This document shows positions 1 through 13,489 of a DNA stretch of 64,000 nt, in pieces. The stretch's first letter is position 1. Each line of letters begins with the position of its first letter. Source of the stretch: Takakia lepidozioides (Eukaryota > Plantae > Bryophyta); contig CM060732.1 in the NCBI GenBank assembly GCA_030704615.1, positions 53,506,001 to 53,570,000 on the forward strand, read 5' to 3'. The position numbers and the translations under genes were made by a program. The notes beneath the pieces are model-generated. The model made no database searches and was not told the origin of the DNA. It saw nothing but the letters and a program-made list of their open reading frames with translations.

Positions 1-559
1 TGAGTTCAAGGTCAGATGGTACAGTCAGCTGAATCGCATGCCTCATACCAGCGACCCTATGATAAATACCTGAATATTAGGAAGGAAGAACTCACCCTGC
101 TAGATGAATCTGACGTGGAGGCTGAAGTGTCTAAGGCCATGTCAAAAGCATGAAGAATGTCCGAACAAAACAATGTTAGGCATAAACTTCCCTGAACTCG
201 TTTCCAGTTTGTGACATGGGTGAGGACTTTGAGGATGATCTGAAGGGCAGACCTACCCTTGCACTAGACTGAAAATTTTACCTCAGGATGGGGAGTCTAC
301 CTTTGAACAATAAACAGATGCAGAGAGGAAAGGGAGATTGTCAATGCTCACTGGTGTGGGTGGCCTGAAGACAATGTCCATTTTCTGATACAAGTCCGGG
401 GTATTCTCATCAGAGAGCGACCCTCTTCAGGACCATCAAGAACATAGTCCCTGCACCTCTGTTCACCAACTTTCAATATCTCAAGGCTGAGTCTAAAGCG
501 GTGGCCTTGTTGGGGTCTCATTGCTTGGTAGCCCACATACAACATATTGATGCTTGTGT

Positions 560-2340
560 GAAGGGCTTTCTAAAAATCTGGAAAGCCTGAACTAATTTAT
601 AACACGGTAAGTCCTACTACTGGAGTGAGCCCCTCATGTCTGTTCCTTGTTCTGCTGGGCACGGGCAAGGTCTGTGGCCACAAGGCTATGATCAACTTCT
701 CAGGAGTGCATTCGAAAGTCTCGAGACGAAGGACCTCTTTGTGGGTTGTGTTTACATGCCCACAGAGGGACGCTTCTGATGCAGACAAAGCCTTCGAAGA
801 TGTAAAGCTGGACTGTGCTTCGTTCCTTGCCAAAGGTCAGGTGGTGCTATTGGGTGACTTCAATGCCCGGGTGGCAAAGGGCCCATCAGGACGATATCAT
901 TGGACCTTTTGGTGAGGACGAACTGAATTCTAATGGCAGACGGTTAATTAACTGTCTAGAAGATCTTCAGCTTTTGACCTTGAATAACAGGACAAGAGGT
1001 GACCAAGTGCAGTGGACTCGTGAGAAATCCCAAACTGGGGAACGTTCCATTGTGGATTATATCATAATGGACAAAAATTTGTTCCCCCAGTGTGCCAATG
1101 TGTTGATCGACAGAACTGATATTGGTACCTCTGACCATTTCCTGGTTTGGAATGAGATCAAAAGGTGTTTTCCCAACACCAAGAGATATGTGAAACATTC
1201 GATTCGGAAGTGGCGCATAGAAAAACTCCATAATGAGGAGGTCAAGGCTGAGTATGTCCAGCCCTTGCAAGAGGCTCTCCCTCATTTTGTCCAATCGCTC
1301 CAAGAACTTCAGTCTCGCTCTGATAACGCAAAATGAAGTCGAAAGAGCAGGGGACTCTTGGGAGTTTCGTTTCCTCCGTGGTTGACAAGATCATTGGGAT
1401 GAAACTAATTGTCTATGGTAGAGCTGTTAATTGGTGGACCAATGAGATTAAACTCAAGATAGCTGAGAGACGAGCCCTCTATAAAGAGTGCTGCAATTTG
1501 GAAACCAACAAGAATTGTGGGCGAGGTACTACCACCTCCGTAAAGATATCAAACAGCTTGTCTCAGAAGAAATTATACTGGGACAAGTTATACAGTGAAA
1601 TAAACTCAAACCACCATGGTGGTAATGACAAGAAATTCTGGTTGGCCCTTCAACATTTGTACAAGCCGAAAAACGGTCAGCAAGTACAAGCGCTGAAGAC
1701 TACTAAAGGTGCAGTGGTGACTTCATCGGTTGACATTGTCAAAACCTTTGAAACTCACTACAGTATCCTTGGCATAACTTCTAGGTCTAACAGTGAGGGG
1801 TCTTCTACTGAATGGAGGGACACAGTTGGAAAAACTGTTCCTATGATGCAAAACAGCCCTGATGAACTGGAGTATATTTCAATGGCTTATAACGCTCCCA
1901 TTAGTCCTTCTGAGATTGTGGAAGCAATTGAACATTTAAATGGATATAAAGCTGGTGGACCTGATGGTATTGTCAACGAGCTTATCAAGCACGGTGGCGA
2001 TCCCATGCGGGTTGTCAACATAAATCAGGCGTTGGCAGAGACGGTTCAATCCATCAACTTCAAGACAGAATTCAATCCCTACTTCTCCTCTTTAACCTGA
2101 TCTAGAAGACTGAAACGATCCCCTTTCGCTGGTGACAGGGCGTCATTGTCAATCTATACAAGAAGGATTTCTAGAGGATATCTGGAAAACCCGAATTAAT
2201 TCTATATATGAAGGTAAGTCTTACTACCAACGTCAGCCCCTGACAGAGGTAGGTTCTGTCCCTTTTGTGCTCAAACTGGGCGCGGGTCAATGTCCACAAG
2301 GCTACGGCAAACAACGTCTTATGAGTACAATCTCTCTCTC
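560..2340 (+). mobile_element. Decayed LINE (non-LTR) ORF2 fragment: AP endonuclease and start of RT
   Basis: Frameshifted ORFs 625-915, 815-1336 and 1333-2100 give LLGDFNARV, NSNGRRL, SIVDYI, SDHFLV (EEP endonuclease motifs), then KAGGPDGIVNELIK and W*QGVIVNLYKK (RT entry). Confidence 0.9.
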
Positions 2341-2823
2341 TGGAAAATGAAGTTAGACAAAGTGGCTTGTCACTACCGTTCATGTTGTTCTTCTTCTTGG
2401 TCCATGGATTGGTGAGAGACAATCACCAAATCAAAACCACTATTCTCAGTTTATGGGTTCAATGAAAAAGGAAAAAGAGGCAACATTTATATACCATCAT
2501 GAAGGAGAGTCAAGCATACCATAAGAGTACCAACACTCACATTGCTGAAAACAAAGGCACATGGTCCACAAGTTGAATTGGCAAAGAGATGTTGGAGGGT
2601 TTAGGGGTAAGGACTTCAAGTGCCTCTAGTGCTGCATTGTCTATCTGGCTTTGTTGAAGAAGAAGTATGACCCCCACAACTGTTGGCCTCATTACAATCC
2701 AGACCAAGCCAGAAAGCAGGCAACTGGAGTTGACATTCCAGTGAGCCTTTTCCCACCCAAATTCATATGCAAGACTCATGCCCAACAACCTTGCTGCAAT
2801 TGTTTCTTACCCTCACTGCCTTT

Positions 2824-3479
2824 TCATATGCACATGGAGACAGAACTTTGGTGCAGATCGCAAACCTGCTGATGGGTTGGGGAGTTTGCAGGGTGCTTTG
2901 CGCGCTTTGTCTTTGTTGGGGCTTCTTTCATCGTTTCCATCTCTGACTCCGAGCTGGTCTCATTGAAGTCTTCATGTGCGGCATAATCTTGGTCTCGCTG
3001 CAATTCTTGCTCTCGTGCCTCCTCTGTGTCTGACTCCGCTTGAACCTGCGCTTCCTCCTCTTGCTCTACCTCTTTCTCCCGTTGTGACATTGCAGAGTGC
3101 AGGAGTTGAACTCTGTGACTTCGGCGAGGAGGACCTGTGTGTTTGAGGATTTCCTCAACGAGGCGTTTAGGGCGACTCAAGCTCTCTTCGACGCTGCAAA
3201 GAAGAAGAAAGACAAAGTCAGCAGCTGCAAAACCCTAACATATCCTCTCTGCAGGTTTGGAGCTTTTAATGCGGTTTCATGGCTAGGGCTAGGTAGGGGA
3301 TATGAAAAAAACCGAAGTTTGGACCTCTTTGCAATGTCGTAGATCTTCAGTCGTGCGAAGAATGCCTTGTTCTCCGCTTGACGCTTTGCTCGTTCTACCT
3401 CCCTCGCTGTAGGCTTGCGCCCTGGTGTAACTTCTGGACACTCTATTTGGGTCTCCATTTCCTGACGAGTCTCACTCAC
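2824..3479 (-). other. Charged low-complexity ORF fragments divergent from the CACTA transposase; possibly a CACTA accessory (TnpA-like) piece
   Basis: ORFs 3177-3479 and 2824-3180 are E/R/K-rich. The call rests on adjacency only; no recognisable motif. Confidence 0.25.
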
Positions 3480-3487
3480 TCGCCAAG

Positions 3488-6400
3488 ATGATCCCTCCTA
3501 CTGCCCATCGATTGCAAAGGCGGACACAAGCAGAACATGACGATGACAGATTGTGGAAACTAGAGGAAGCGCGAGCAAGAAGACTGGGTCTTCGGAAAAT
3601 TCTATGTCCATGCAATGCCTGTCATGGTGGGAACTGGCAAACCATTGGCCGGGCTAAGCGTCATCTGCTTTTGAACTTGCGAGATCCTAACTTACGAGAA
3701 CTCCCGGTGCATATCTCTGGATTCTCTTCCCTTTGCAGATGCATACTTTGAAATTATAAGAAACAGTTCAAATTCCTGGTAGCGGTATTGTTGTAAGGTG
3801 TAGAGTATTGTACATGTCCGTTTTCCTATTGCCACGTGCCTGTATAATGGCACGTTCCACATCCCACTATTGCAAATGAAAAAACTCCCCATCTTATAGT
3901 GGATTGACATGTGGCGTCTGATATGTACTAAGCAGGAAAACTCTGGAGACGAACATGAGGGGTTTAGAACGGAAACCAGCCCTGCAGGTGGTCCTGATAC
4001 CTTGGATCGTAATCTTGACATGCTTAGAATGCTCCGGGAGACATTCGCAACTATAGATAATGGGGTGCAAACTGGTGATGCACATGAGGAACCGGGAGAT
4101 GGAACACAGGGCCAATGGGACACAGATGGAGTGCCAGAGCAGACTGATGGTGGACTGAAGAGCGATGGTGATCGTGGTGCAGCGAGTGCCTTACGTTTTG
4201 AGCACGAGGCATCCAGGGCTTTATATGTAGGGAGTTCTTCCTCTCGATTGTCTGCTACCTTACTGCTGTTAAATGCTTGTCAAACCCATGGTGTGTCAAA
4301 CACCTTTGTCGATGAACTCCTTACATTGTTAGGAAGACAACTGTTGCCAGCAGACAATTGCCTGCCAAAGTCCCACTATGAGGCAAAACAACTCATAATG
4401 GAACTCGGGCTTCATTACGAGAGTATACATGCATGTCCGAAAGGCTGTGTGTTGTTCAGAAGGGAGCTTCAGAATTTGGAGGTTTGTCCAAAATGTCAGG
4501 CACGTCGTTATGTGGTGGGTACGAAGACACCAGTACCTCGTAAGGTCCTTCGACATTTCCCTATCATTCCAAGGCTGCTTCGAATGTATAAAGCCAAATC
4601 CATCTCAGAGTTAATGTCATGGCACTTTAAGAATCGAAGTCTGGATGGCTTGGTTAGGCACCCAGCAGACAGCAAGGCTTGGGCCCACATTGACCAAAAA
4701 TGGCCTGAGTTTGCAGCGGACCCCAGAAATCTGCGATTGGGTCTCGCATGGGATGGTGTCAATCCTTACAGTGATAAATCAAACAAATGGTCAACTTGGC
4801 CTGTCATGTTGGTAAACTATAATCTTCCACCCTGGCTGTGTACTAAGCCATTTTTCACGATGTTGGCTTTATTGATTCCTGGACCACAATCTGTGGGAAA
4901 TGACAATGCAGATGTTTATCTGCAGCCCCTTGTGGATGAGCTAAAATTGTTGTGGGAAGTTGGTGTGGAGGCATTGGATGGAAGTAGCCTAGTGGGGCAA
5001 CAGTCATTTCGCATGAGGGCCATCTTGATGTGGTCAATCCACGACTTTCCAGCTTATGGGTTGCTAGCAGGATGCGCACACGGGGGATACAAGGCCTGCC
5101 CAGCTTGCGGCCCTAATGTTGATTCCAGGTACTCGAAGGCATGCAAAAAAGTTTTGTATCTTGGTCATAGGAGATACTTGCCTGCTGTTCATCCCTATAG
5201 GAATAACTCGTCCCACTTTAATGGACATGTGGAACATAGAGCAGCTCCTATGGTGGTCACTGCAAGTGAGCAATTTGACCGGGCTAAAACCAGAGAGTTG
5301 TATCTCGCAATGGGAGGGGCTGAGGGGGGAAAACAGGACCCTTCAAAGGAACATGGCATGAAACGGGTCACTGTTTTGAACCAATTGCCATACTGGAAAG
5401 ACTTACTCATCCGACACACTGGATGTGATGCATTGTGAAAAAAATTGTGTGAGAATGTGCTGAGAACCATTCTTGGGAGAAGGACACAGCCACATCTAGG
5501 AAGGATATGGAACTCAATGTCATTCGTGAACACTTGTGGTTGAGACCCCATCCCTCTCACCCGAACAAGTTGGTGAAGCCTTTGGCCCCATATGTTCTTA
5601 CTGAAGATGAGAAGGTGTTGTTTTTGGAAACATTGGCTGCAGTAAAGGCCCCCACAGGTTATGCTGCCACATTCCAGAAACATGTGGCTGACAATAAACT
5701 GTCTACAATGAAAACCCATGACTACCATGTAATGATGCAGCAGATTTTACCTCTTTGCATTCGGGGTATTGGGAAAGGGTCCACGGATGGCAATTATGAG
5801 GCTTTCTCGAGTCTTCCGAAAAGTGTGTGCAAAGATCATTAATCCAACTGAGCTACCGGCCTTAAAAGAAGATGTTGCAATCACTATGTGTCTGCTGGAG
5901 AAAGAATTCCCTCCGTCATTTTTTGATATCATGACTCACTTGCTTGTACACCTTGTGGACGAATTGGAGGTGTGTGGTCCCGTGTCTAGCCGTTGGATGT
6001 ATCCTATGGAACGGTATATGAAGACATTAAAAGGCTATGTAAGGAATATGAGCCGACCTGAAGGGAGCATGGCGGAAGGGTATGCTTTGGATGAGGCCCT
6101 AGGGTTTCTAACTGAGTATATGGCTGAATTTCATGCTACAAGCCGAAGGGTGTGGGACTCCAATGAAGACTCAGTTAGTGGGGAGGTGGTTCAAGGATTG
6201 GGAAGTGTACGAGTCCTCACCATTCAAGAACGAGACAGTGCACACGAGTATATTTTGCACAACAGATTGCATGAAACCATTCCTTGAGTAAGTATGTGCT
6301 TATCATATCCTGTGTGTTTCATTTCTGCCAATGGTATAAGCTGTAATCCTAACTAAATTTGCAATTCTCATTTGGACAGGGCCTATGAAGAGGAGATGCA

Positions 6401-7230
6401 CTCATAGAAGCATCCCGCACTGAGTTCAGAACAACATTCCTTTGTGGACAAGACCAAGACACACCACAATGGAGAAATTCCATACCCAACAGATATGCGC
6501 TTACTAGCTCCATTCCATGAATGGATTGAAGGTGCTGTCCAACGCAAGGTGAGTTCAGGTGAGTCCTGATTTGGACATATGCCATTTATGTATACCACCA
6601 GCAGTACAGTCCTTGGGCTTCAAGTCCATGTATGCTACGGCAATCACTTTCGAGCAATACGTGATGGGACTGGCGCCACAGACAGGGTGACATTTGATTC
6701 TGGAGTTGCTCAAGTATTCCATCAGGAAAGCGAAAACAGAGCATGTATGTCCAAACGAGTGTTATCCCAATTGGAATATGTGGGTGTTGTAACAGAAATA
6801 ATTCAACTGGATTACGGAATTCTTCACCCAATTCTGTTCTTGTGTAGATGGGCGAGGTCACACATGGGTGGCCGGAATGCCACCATGAAACGAGATGATT
6901 ATGGCTTTCTCTTGGTTGACTTCAGTCGCATGTTACCTCGGATGGAGCAGCCCTGGACATTCCCTAGTCAGGTGGAGCAAGTTTTTTTCTCGGATGAAAA
7001 AAGTTCACGAGGGAACTGGAAGGTGGTCCTTCACAAGGACCCTCGATTCCGACGAGTGGCTCACGATATTACAGAAGTGGCACTGGGTGAGGGAGACACT
7101 TATGTAGGCATGGTGCCTCCTGAAATTCCTCATAACATCATGACTGAGCTTGTTGTTTGTGTTCCTTTGAGTGAGGCAGATGAATTGGCCATTGCCAACT
7201 TGAATGCACTTGTGTGTTGGTTTCTGCTAT
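3488..7230 (+). mobile_element. CACTA/EnSpm TnpD (TNP2)-type transposase pseudogene
   Basis: ILCPCNAC..HL transposase-associated domain; HACPKGC..CPKC; PRNLRLGLAWDGVNPY, STWPV, YNLPPW, HDFPAYG (Transposase_21); KTHDYHV, FPPSFFDIMTHL, RWMYPMER, PEGSMAEGY (DUF4218-like); PSQVEQVFF (DUF4216-like). Frameshifts near 5420 and 5765. Confidence 0.93.
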
Positions 7231-7379
7231 TGCATGTATTTTTCCAGGGTTTAGACTTGATACAAAATGGTACCTTGCATGGGTGGGAGTGACTGAGCTG
7301 TTGGGGTGGGCAAAATTCTGACAAAACACACTTTCATTTGTGACAGTGAACCCTAAACAGTCATGGAGTGTGGCCTGCA

Positions 7380-7995
7380 TACTTTTCTGACCCTAGTCAA
7401 TGGTGGGCCAATTGTGGCAAAAAGGTGAATGCATGTTGGATTATAGAGAGTAGCAGATGCAAATTGAGCATAGGAACTAGTGTGAGAAGTGAGTTGGGTG
7501 TTTCCTAGAACAAATGTAGGCTGTTATTGTCAGTTGCTACCAGCAAGGCAAAGATGTATGCATGATTTGTGAGAGGCATGGATAGCTGAAGGAGCAGGGA
7601 TAGAGCGTGGGTCCAGATTCATCCAAGAGGGCCACATTTCAAGCACAACATTGCCTATGATTCCTTGTGGAAGGATAGCTACAAGAAACCTGCATGGGTA
7701 GATGGTCAACTGGAAGCCGCAGCAGCGACACAATTGGTAAAATCAGGCGATGAGGGCACCTTCTTCAACACATTTCACCCTGTTTTCCCCCTTATCAGAA
7801 TCAGCCCTAAATTTCCATGTTGAATATGCAAGTTAGCTGGTTGAGTGAATCTTTGATATTGAAGTGACTTTGACATGATACTGCCAATGTGACAACATGA
7901 AAGTATCCAAAAACAGTACAAGAGATGAGGAGAAGGTGTGGAATGAATACTTTTCTGATCCAGTCAATGGTGGGACAACCGAGGCAAAAAGGTGA
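7380..7995 (+). pseudogene. OSB-type PDF-motif exons (organellar ssDNA-binding motif)
   Basis: FSDPSQWWANCGKK, a GT..AG intron, then IHPRGPHFKHNIAYDSLWKDSYKKPAWVDGQLE. A second WNEYFSDP..WWDNRGKK|gt (1-nt frameshift) occurs at ~7935-7995. Confidence 0.75.
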
Positions 7996-7999
7996 ATGC

Positions 8000-8735
8000 C
8001 TGGCAGATTACCAGATGTCATTTTGAACACTGCCCTGGTGGAAATATATGCCAAATGTTGGTGCATCGAGGATGCCAAGGGAGTGTTCAACACTATGGCT
8101 AAACGAGATGTGGTGTCGTGGAGTGCGATGCTTGCAGGGGCATGGGATGGAGGCTTTGGAGACCTATGAGCAAATGATGAGGGAAGGGTGAAGCCCGACC
8201 ACATAACATTTGTGTGTGTTGGCAGTGAGTGTGGGAGCCTGGCAGCCCTGGAAAAGGGCAAAGAGATCCATCGTGACAATTTGCAATTGTACCAGATGTC
8301 ATCCTGAACATGACTGCTCTGGTGGACACATGTATGCCCAATGTGGGAGCATTGAGGATGCGAAAGGAGTGTTCAACACTATGGCTGAACAAGATTGTGC
8401 GTTTGCAGTGCGTGTGCAAGTCTGGCAGCCCTGCAAAAGGGCAAAGTGGTGCATGGTTGCATCACCAAAGCTGGGAATTGTAACAGATGCGATTTTGAAC
8501 AATGCCCTCATGGACATGTATGCCAAATATATGTGAGAGCATTGAGGATGCGGAGGGAGTGTTCAACACTATGGCTGAACAAGATGTGGTGTCGTGGAGC
8601 GCGATGCTTGCAGGATGTGCACAGCAGTGAAGTGGGATGGAGCCTTTGGAGACCTATCATGACCAAATGATGGGGGAAGGGATGAAGCCCGACCACAACA
8701 CATTTGTGTGCGTTTGCAGTGCGTGTGCAAGCTTG
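8000..8735 (+). pseudogene. PLS-class PPR gene fragments
   Basis: Repeated NALVDMYAKCGSIEDAKGVFNTMAE.DVVSWSAML motifs with frameshifts. Confidence 0.85.
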
Positions 8736-10450
8736 GCAGCTCTGGAAAAGGGAAGAGGTCCATGGTTTCATTGTCAAAGCTGGAATTGTATTTGACGTGA
8801 TTATGAACAATGCCCTCGTGGACATGTATGCCAAATGTGGGAGCATCAAGGGCAAGCCTGCCAGCTCTGGAAAAGGGAAGATCGGGTCCATGGTTTCATT
8901 TTCAAAGCTTGCATTGTACCTGATTGTGATTATGGACAATGCCCTCGTGGACATGTATGCCAAATGTGTTAGCATGAAGGGCAAGCCTGGCAGCTCTGGA
9001 AAAGGGAAGATTAGGTCCATGCTTTAGGGATACCAAATGTGGGAGCATCAAGGGCAAGCCTGCCAGCTTTGGAAAAGGGAAGATCAAGTCCGTGGTTTCA
9101 TTGTCTAAGCTGGAATTGTACCTGATTGTGATTCTGGACAATGCCCTTGTGGACATGTATGCCAAATGTGGGAGCATGAAGGGCAAGCCTGCCAGCTCTG
9201 GGAAAGGGAAGATCAGGTCTATGGTTTCATTGTCAAAGCTTGCATTGTACGTGATTGTGATTCTGGACAATGCCCTCGTGGACATGTATGCCAAATGTGG
9301 GAGCATGAAGGGCAAGCCTGGCAGCTCTGGAAAATGGAAGATCAGGTCTATGGTTTCATTGTCAAAGCTTGCATTGTACGTGATTGTGATTCTGGACAAT
9401 GCCCTCGTGGACATGTATGCCAAACGTGGGAGCATCAATGGCAAGCCTGCCAGCTCTGGAAAAGGTTCTGCTCAGGTCCATGGTTTCATTGTCAAAGCTG
9501 GAATTGTACCTGATTGTGATTCTGGACAATGCCCTTGTGGACATGTATGCCAAATGTGGGAGCATCAAGGGCAAGCCTGCCAGCTCTGGAAAAAGGAAGA
9601 GGTCCATGGTTTCATTGTCAAAGCTGGAATTGTACCTGATGTGATTCTGGACAATGCCCTCGTGGACATGTATGCCAAATGTGGGAGCATGAAGGGCAAG
9701 CCTGCCAGCTCTGGAAAAGGGAAGAGGTCCATGGTTTCATTGTCAAAGGTGGAATTGTACCTGATGTGATTCTGAACAATGCCCTCGTGGTCATGTACGC
9801 CAAATGTGGGAGCATCAAGGGCAAGCCTGGCAGCTCTGGAAAATGGAAGATCAGGTCTATGGTTTCATTGTCAAAGCTTGCATTGTACGTGATTGTGATT
9901 CCGGACAATGCCCTCGTGGACATGTATGCCAAACGTGGGAGCATCAATGGCAAGCCTGCCAGCTCTGGAAAAGGTTCCGATCAGGTCCATGGTTTCATTG
10001 TACCTGACAGTGATTCTGGACAATGCCCTCGTGGACATGTATGCCAATCGTATGCCAAATGTGGGAGCATCAAGGGCAAGCCTGCCAGCTCTGGAAAAGG
10101 GAAGAGGTCCATGGTTTCATTGTCAAAGCTGGAATTATACCTGATGTGATTCTGGACAATGCCCTCGTGGACATGTATGCCAAATGTGTCAGCATGAAGG
10201 GCAAGCCTGGCAGCTCTGGAAAAGGGAAGAGGTCCATGGTTTCATTGTCAAAGGTGGAATTGTACCTGATGTGATTCTGAACAATGCCCTCGTGGACATG
10301 TACGCCAGATGTGGGAGCATCAAGGGCAAGCTTGCCAGCTCTGGAAAAGGGAAGATCAGGTCCATGGTTTCATTGTCAAAGCTGGAATTGTACCTGATTG
10401 TGATTCTGGACAGTGCCCTCGTGGACATGTATGCCAAATGTGGGAGCATC
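8735..10450 (+). repeat. Tandem array of ~13-14 PPR-derived units of ~115-130 bp
   Basis: ggacatgtatgccaaa-like anchor recurs at ~8821, 8950, 9151, 9280, 9409, 9539, 9664, 9789, 9918, 10033, 10170, 10295 and 10423. Confidence 0.92.
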
Positions 10451-11220
10451 AAGGATGCGAAGGCAGTTTTCCAACACTATGGCTCTTGGAGTGATTTTGA
10501 CAAAGGGAGTGTTCAACACTATGGCTGAACGAGATGTGGTGTCGTGGAGTGCGATGCTTGTAGGGTATGCACAACAAGGACGTGGGATGGAGGCTTTGGA
10601 GACCTATGAGCAAATGATGGGGGAAGGGGTTCAGCCCGGCCACATCATGTTTGTGTGCATTGCAGGCCTGGCAGCGCTGATTTAAATCAGGCACCTCAAC
10701 CATGACCACAGCTTCTAAAAGAGGATCAAGAGAGGGAGTCCATAATGCCTCTTCTAGCTCTTCTGGGCATGTGAAGATGCTTTGTGAGGCACGCAGACTG
10801 AAAGAGGCTCTACAACCTTTAAACCAAGGAGCATTTCAGTAGATTCAGATATGTATGTCTGTCTCTTGCTTAAGTGCATCAAATTGAAGGGTCTGGAAGC
10901 TGGAAAGCAGGTGCACACTTACATTATCCAAAGTGGATTCATGCCAAGTGTTTTTCTCCTCAACACCCTTGTGAACATGTATGTTAAGTGCAGGAGCATC
11001 ATGAATGCACACCGAGTGTTCAACGGAATGCCTCGATGAACTTTGATCACGTTGAATATAATGTTGGCACGATTTAACATGGGTGTGGTAGGAATGCTTT
11101 GGAGACCTATGAGCAACTGCATGTATGCCAAATGTGGGTGCATCGAGGATGCAAAGGAAGTGTTCGACAGTATGGCTGAACGAGATGTGGTGTCATGGAA
11201 TGCGATGATTGCAGAATATG
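10450..11220 (+). pseudogene. PLS PPR fragments including a likely N-terminal region (ATG ~10702)
   Basis: ERDVVSWSAMLVGYAQQGRGMEALETYEQMMGEGVQP; MLCEARRLKEAL..YVCLLLKC..GKQVHTYIIQSGFMPSVFLLNTLVNMYVKC. Confidence 0.85.
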
Positions 11221-11659
11221 CACACACTACAACAGATTGCGGCTTTTACGACTCCCATGGGTGCGCAGTCATGACAGATTTGTGGCAGAAATGCCATTTG
11301 CAGTCGTAAAATGCTTTTGAAGTCATAATGCAGGTTTGGGGAAGGCGTATATGCGACTGCATGGCTCCGGACTCTGCGGAACACAGGTCAAACATGTTTG
11401 ACCACGAATATTGGCATGGCAGATATGACTACCAGTCACGGTCATGGCTACACTAGAATGACGTGTGTATATTGCTAGAAAGACATATGACTTCATGACT
11501 CTCACTCTAATGCATTCTGCCAGATCATCACATGGATGAATCACTACATGATTGCACATGGCAACACATGCTTTTCTGGTTATATATATAATATATGAGT
11601 ATTTATATTTTGAAAAAACGGAGACTCTGACCACTAGAATCAATTTTTTTTTTTTTAAA

Positions 11660-11868
11660 AACACATCGGCTGGTAAGTGCACAGTGTGTCGCCCTGGTGG
11701 TTTGGGGTTTCAAACCGCTGCCTTATCCCGTGTGTGGGATTGTTGTGACAGTATGTCTGGGCGTTGATCGTCCTGTACGTCTTATGGCCCATAAATGAAG
11801 GCGGGGTGAATTTTCCCCCTCCTCAAAGACCTGTGGTTTCCTTTAAGAAAAGAAAAAAAAAAAAAAAA
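11660..11868 (+). mobile_element. tRNA-derived SINE-like element
   Basis: A-box-like ggctggtaag, B-box-like ggtttcaaacc, and an A-rich tail at 11844-11868. A diverged copy lies on the - strand at ~26921-27150. Confidence 0.6.
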
Positions 11869-12114
11869 TCAAAGAGGGGTTTTTAGGGTTTACAAAAAGG
11901 TTAAAAAACTTAAAAAGTTGCCCATCACGGTAGCGTGACAGACTTAGAGCGAGCGGGAGGGAGAGAGAGAGAGAGGGTTGGGACTTAGAGAGAGCGAGCG
12001 GAGAGAGGGCAAACATGCATGGGAGGCCCGCAGTTGGATCAACCTTCGCATTTGGAGCAAGCATCCCTAGAAACGCTACGGTATGTGTACGAGGAGGTTT
12101 CGGCTGGGAGCCCG

Positions 12115-13445
12115 TCGTTCTTGGGAGAGTCAGCTTCGTCTTAGCACGCCGTGTTTCAATCTCTACCCGCTCGGCCCTGATTTTACAGCACGGAGCAGAG
12201 CTGGCATGAGTTTCTAAAAGATCCTTCACGATGGTGGGACAACCGCAATCGCAAGGTGTGGCTTTTTCTTAATGTACGATGTGTGAAGAAGTTTGTCCAT
12301 CCTGCAAATGTGGGTTGTTGGCTCCTGTTAGTACCATGATTTGGTATTCTTCCTGATGTTTACAAGGTTCTTGGGAGAGTTAGCTTGGTCTTAGCAGGCC
12401 GTGTTTCAATCTCTGCCCACTCAGCTGCACCGTGGTGGTTCTCACTGACCAATCCGACATTACCTGACCACAGAAACAAGCAGCACTTTGAAGAGGTCCT
12501 CTTGGGTTCATGGTCAGTCAAATCCTCCATGGGCCATGACACAAGGTCGAGGACAATGTGGTGAGGGCACCTTCTTCTTCGACCTATTTCAGCCTGTTTT
12601 GCCCTCTCATCAGACTCGGCCCTTTATTTGCAGCACGGAGTACAGTTGGCATGAGATTTTTAAAGATCCTTCACGATGGTGCGACAACCGCAATGGCAAG
12701 GTGTGGCTTTTCCTTAATGTACGATGTGAAGAAGTTTGTCCATCCTGCAAATGTGGGCTGTTGGCTCCTGTTAGTACCATGATTTGGTATTCTTCCTGAT
12801 GTTTCAAGGTTCTTGGGAGAGTCGGCTTGGTCTTAGCAGGCCGTGTTTCAATCTCTGCCTGCTCATCTGCACCGTGCTGGTTCTCACAGACCAATCCGAC
12901 ATTACCTGACTACAAGACACAAGCAGCACACACAAGAGGTCCTTTTGGGTTGATGGTCGGTCAAATCCTCTATGGGTTCTTCTTCGACCTATTTCAGCCT
13001 GTTTTGCCCTCTCATCAGACTCGGCCTTGAGATGCATATTGAATTATGTAAGTTAGCTCGTTGCTCATTGATAAGTAGGGTTGGGGGTGTTTGCTGGAAT
13101 GATTGTTGTATGCATGATTTTGTGCAGAGGCATAGATAGCTGAAGGAGCAGGGATAGAGTGTGGAAGAGGGCCAGATTTCAAGCTCCAGATTATCTATGA
13201 TTCCCTATGGAAGGATAGATACAAGAAACCTGCATGGGTAGATGGTCAATTGGAAGCCGCAGCAGCAAGCAGCACAATTGATACAATCAAGCACTGCTAA
13301 TGAAGGCACCTTCTGAAAACACATTTCACCCTATTTTCCCCTCTTATCAGAATCGGCCCTAAATTTTCATGTTCAATTCTGCAAGTTAGCTGGTTGAGTG
13401 AATCTAGTTGGAGTGACTTTGACATGATACTGCCAATGTGACAAG
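12115..13445 (+). pseudogene. Locally duplicated (~450 bp unit) PDF-motif exon/intron blocks
   Basis: WHEFLKDPSRWWDNRNRK|gt at ~12200 and a variant at ~12645; TNPTLPD..WV.G.SNPPW at ~12450 and 12890; RGPDFK..SLWKD.YKKPAWVDGQLE at ~13170. Confidence 0.7.
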
Positions 13446-13489
13446 AGTATGCATTGAACCCATTGGTAGCGGGATATTGGGATATCTCT

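Noticed and set aside
8735-10450. CRISPR-like periodicity
   Set aside because: The whole unit repeats with no unique spacers, it translates as PPR, and there are no cas genes.
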